Positions 62,315 through 64,000 of a DNA stretch of 64,000 nt are shown piece by piece. The notes under the pieces were generated by a model. That model did no database searches. It saw only the letters and a program-made list of their open reading frames with translations, and was not told where the DNA came from. The DNA is taken from positions 66,155-130,154 of the forward strand of contig CAWGSU010000006.1 of assembly GCA_963825325.1 (NCBI GenBank). The letters run 5' to 3'. The stretch is from an uncultured Actinomycetes bacterium. Its GTDB lineage: Bacteria; Actinomycetota; Thermoleophilia; Gaiellales; JAICJC01. A program made the position numbers and the translations under genes. Within the stretch, counting starts at the first letter, position 1. Each line of letters begins with the position of its first letter.

Positions 62315-63579
62315 GACGCCGCCCTCCCGACCAGCTCGCGCGCGGCGGCAAGCTCCGAGCCGCGGTCAGCCAGCTGGCCGTTGCGCTTGCGCCGCAGGAG
62401 CTCGGCGAGCACCTCCCCCACGCGCGGCGACTGGACGAGGCCCAGCTCATCCCGCAGCACCGAACCGTCGATCTCGAGCCGGATGCCGCGCAGGTGGTCG
62501 AGGTAGTGCTCGGCGGCGGCCGCGCCCGGCCCGGCGTCGGCGGCAACCACCAGGGCCGCCTCGATCGGCAGCCGGTCGAGCGGCTCGGCCACGTCGGCGG
62601 GCGTCGCCGCGGCCGCGAGGCGCAGGCCGAGCCGGGCCGGGGCGGTGGCGGCGGCGCCCACAACCGTGGCCGAGCGGCGGTCGAGCCGCAGTCGCTGCGC
62701 GATGCGCCCAACGGCGGCGGCGTCGGCGCCGACCGCGATCGCGGCCAGGCGCCCCCGCCAGGGGGTGGCCAGGATGCCGAGCCGCCCGCGCAGGTCGTCG
62801 AGCCGGGCCAGCCGCTGCGCCCGCGCGCCGGGCTCGCCCGCCAGGGCCGGGTCGACGGCCGCGAGCAGGCCCAGGGCGTCGGCGGCCGGGAGCGCGGCGG
62901 CGACAGTGGCGGTCGACTCGCCGAGAAGGGCAACGACCTCGGCCCGCAGGCGTGCGCCCGAGAGCAGGTCGACCATCCCGGCGGCCACCGCGGCGCGTGC
63001 CAGCGCCTCGGTCTCGGGCTCGAGCGCATAGCCGAGCCGGGCGGCGTAGCGGACCGCGCGGTACAGGCGCGTGGGATCGTCGCGAAACGACGCCGGGTGG
63101 AGCACCCGGATCAGCCCCGCGGCGAGGTCTGAACGGCCGTCGAACGGGTCGAGCACCTCGCCGAACCGCGCCCCGCCGAGCGCCGCGGCGAGCGCGTTCA
63201 CGGTGAAGTCGCGCCGGCGCAGATCCTCGGTGATCGTCGCCGGTGAGACCTGCGGGAGCGCCGCGGGTGCCGGGTAGCGCTCGCTGCGCGTCGCGGCGAC
63301 GTCGACGCGGACGCCGCCGGGTGCGACGATCACCGCGGTGCCGAACGCGGAGTGGACGGTCAGCCGGGCGCCGTCGATGGCCGTGGCCACCCGGCGCGCG
63401 ACGGCCACGGCGTCGCCCTCGACGGCGACGTCGGCGTCGCGGTGCGGGTCGCCCCGGAGCAGGTCGCGCACCGGTCCTCCGACGGCGTAGGCGGGCGTCT
63501 CGCCGGCGGCGGTCTGGACGGTCGCCCAGACGCCGGCCAGCGGATCGCCGGGCCCCCCGATCTGAAGCGCTTCGGGCAC
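62311..63579 (-). CDS. cca: CCA-adding enzyme / poly(A) polymerase-family tRNA nucleotidyltransferase
   Basis: It has YAVGGPVRDLLRG...DADVAVEGD...RSERYP...EDLRRRDFTVNALA. It starts at GTG. Confidence 0.85.
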   Translation of the reverse strand: MPEALQIGGPGDPLAGVWATVQTAAGETPAYAVGGPVRDLLRGDPHRDADVAVEGDAVAVARRVATAIDGARLTVHSAFGTAVIVAPGGVRVDVAATRSERYPAPAALPQVSPATITEDLRRRDFTVNALAAALGGARFGEVLDPFDGRSDLAAGLIRVLHPASFRDDPTRLYRAVRYAARLGYALEPETEALARAAVAAGMVDLLSGARLRAEVVALLGESTATVAAALPAADALGLLAAVDPALAGEPGARAQRLARLDDLRGRLGILATPWRGRLAAIAVGADAAAVGRIAQRLRLDRRSATVVGAAATAPARLGLRLAAAATPADVAEPLDRLPIEAALVVAADAGPGAAAAEHYLDHLRGIRLEIDGSVLRDELGLVQSPRVGEVLAELLRRKRNGQLADRGSELAAARELVGRAAS

Positions 63580-63585
63580 GCGGGG

Positions 63586-63591
63586 ATTGTA
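63586..63591 (-). promoter_or_regulatory. Putative -10 (TACAAT) 6 nt upstream of the cca GTG
   Basis: The minus-sense sequence is TACAAT-CCCCGC-GTG, a near-consensus -10 hexamer. Confidence 0.4.
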
Positions 63592-63621
63592 CGGGCGCGT
63601 CCCGCCGGCGCCCCGCGGCGC

Positions 63622-63996
63622 CTACGCCAGCGCGATGGCCTCGATCTCGACCAGCGCGCCGGCGGGTAGGCCGGCCACCTGCACGGTCGAGCGCGCGGGC
63701 GGCTCGGCGGAGAAGAACGACCCGTACACCTCGTTCACAGCCGCGAAGTCGCCGAGGTCGGCCACGAAGATCGTGGTCTTGACCACGCGGTCGAGGGCCG
63801 AGCCGGCCGCCGCGAGCACCGCCGCCAGGTTCTGCATCACGCGCCGCGCCTGCGCCTCGACGCCGCCTTCAACCAGCTTTCCCGAGGCCGGGTCGAGCCC
63901 GACCTGACCGGCGCAGAAGACGAACCCGCCCGCGCGGACCGCCTGGTTGTACGGCGCGCCTGCAAACGGCTTCGGCGCTCCCTCGGTGACGATCAC
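63622..63996 (-). CDS. ridA: RidA/YjgF/TdcF family reactive-intermediate deaminase
   Basis: The 124-aa product has APKPFAGAPYNQAV...GQVGLDPASG...VKTTIFVADLGDFAAVNEVY...PARSTVQVAGLP...VEIEAIA. GTG 63996 lies 4 nt from the window edge, so the true start could be outside the window. Confidence 0.87.
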   Translation of the reverse strand: MIVTEGAPKPFAGAPYNQAVRAGGFVFCAGQVGLDPASGKLVEGGVEAQARRVMQNLAAVLAAAGSALDRVVKTTIFVADLGDFAAVNEVYGSFFSAEPPARSTVQVAGLPAGALVEIEAIALA

Positions 63997-64000
63997 CGTG

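Noticed and set aside
1-64000. Searched by eye for tRNA, rRNA or SRP RNA genes, CRISPR arrays, toxin-antitoxin pairs and defence or phage modules in the few intergenic gaps (the largest are 47222..47368, 55904..56056 and 59622..59768).
   Set aside because: The gaps are short and contain only promoter-like boxes and hairpins. I saw no cloverleaf-compatible sequence, no repeat-spacer periodicity and no unassigned gene pairs of the appropriate type. Dedicated tools (tRNAscan, Infernal/Rfam) would be needed for a definitive negative.

Overview
Very GC-rich bacterial chromosomal segment (roughly 70% or more by eye; gene content and order look actinobacterial or Thermoleophilia-like, but I cannot assign a taxon). 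It is almost entirely coding: about 70 protein genes, more than 90% on the minus strand. The content is core housekeeping, in an order close to the classical Bacillus/actinobacterial arrangement. Read right to left on the minus strand: ridA, cca, pgeF-yggS-sepF, proC, yggT-divIVA, dksA-like, lspA-rluD, rpsB-tsf-pyrH-frr-uppS-cdsA, dxr-rseP-ispG, dnaE, scpA-scpB-rluB, amine oxidase, DAHP synthase-tyrA-aroA-cmk-plsC-der-priA, isochorismatase-like, def-fmt-rsmB-rpe-ribD-ribE-ribBA-ribH-SDR, asp23-(DAK2/DegV fusion)-recG-rsmD-coaD, coiled-coil protein, yceD-rpmF-plsX-acpP-rnc-smc, ftsY, ffh, a 3-gene ECF-sigma envelope insert, and rpsP-KH-rimM-trmD-rplS. Plus-strand genes are an Ldh_2 dehydrogenase plus a GNAT, rpmB-pdxH, trpS, a 54-codon ORF and a lipoprotein. 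I recognise no rRNA, tRNA, CRISPR array, transposase, integrase, phage or defence genes, and I see no convincing novel multi-gene system. This is an ordinary core region with several sequence-level oddities. (1) dnaE, ribD and an O-antigen-ligase-like gene are each broken by a net +1-nt frameshift. (2) ribE has no canonical start codon; homology begins at an ATC 4 nt after the ribD stop. (3) A DAK2 (FakA-like) N-terminus is fused to a complete DegV (FakB-like) domain. (4) A TANNNT hexamer sits 6-10 nt upstream of many Shine-Dalgarno-less start codons, suggesting pervasive leaderless internal promoters. (5) A recurring palindromic hairpin family has an outer arm that contains the stop codon of the upstream gene, and in two copies it is fused to a conserved -10-like box and start codon. 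(6) About 22 gene junctions are 4-nt stop/start overlaps. Start codons were refined by hand from the ORF track, because the longest ORFs are often over-extended in this GC-rich DNA.
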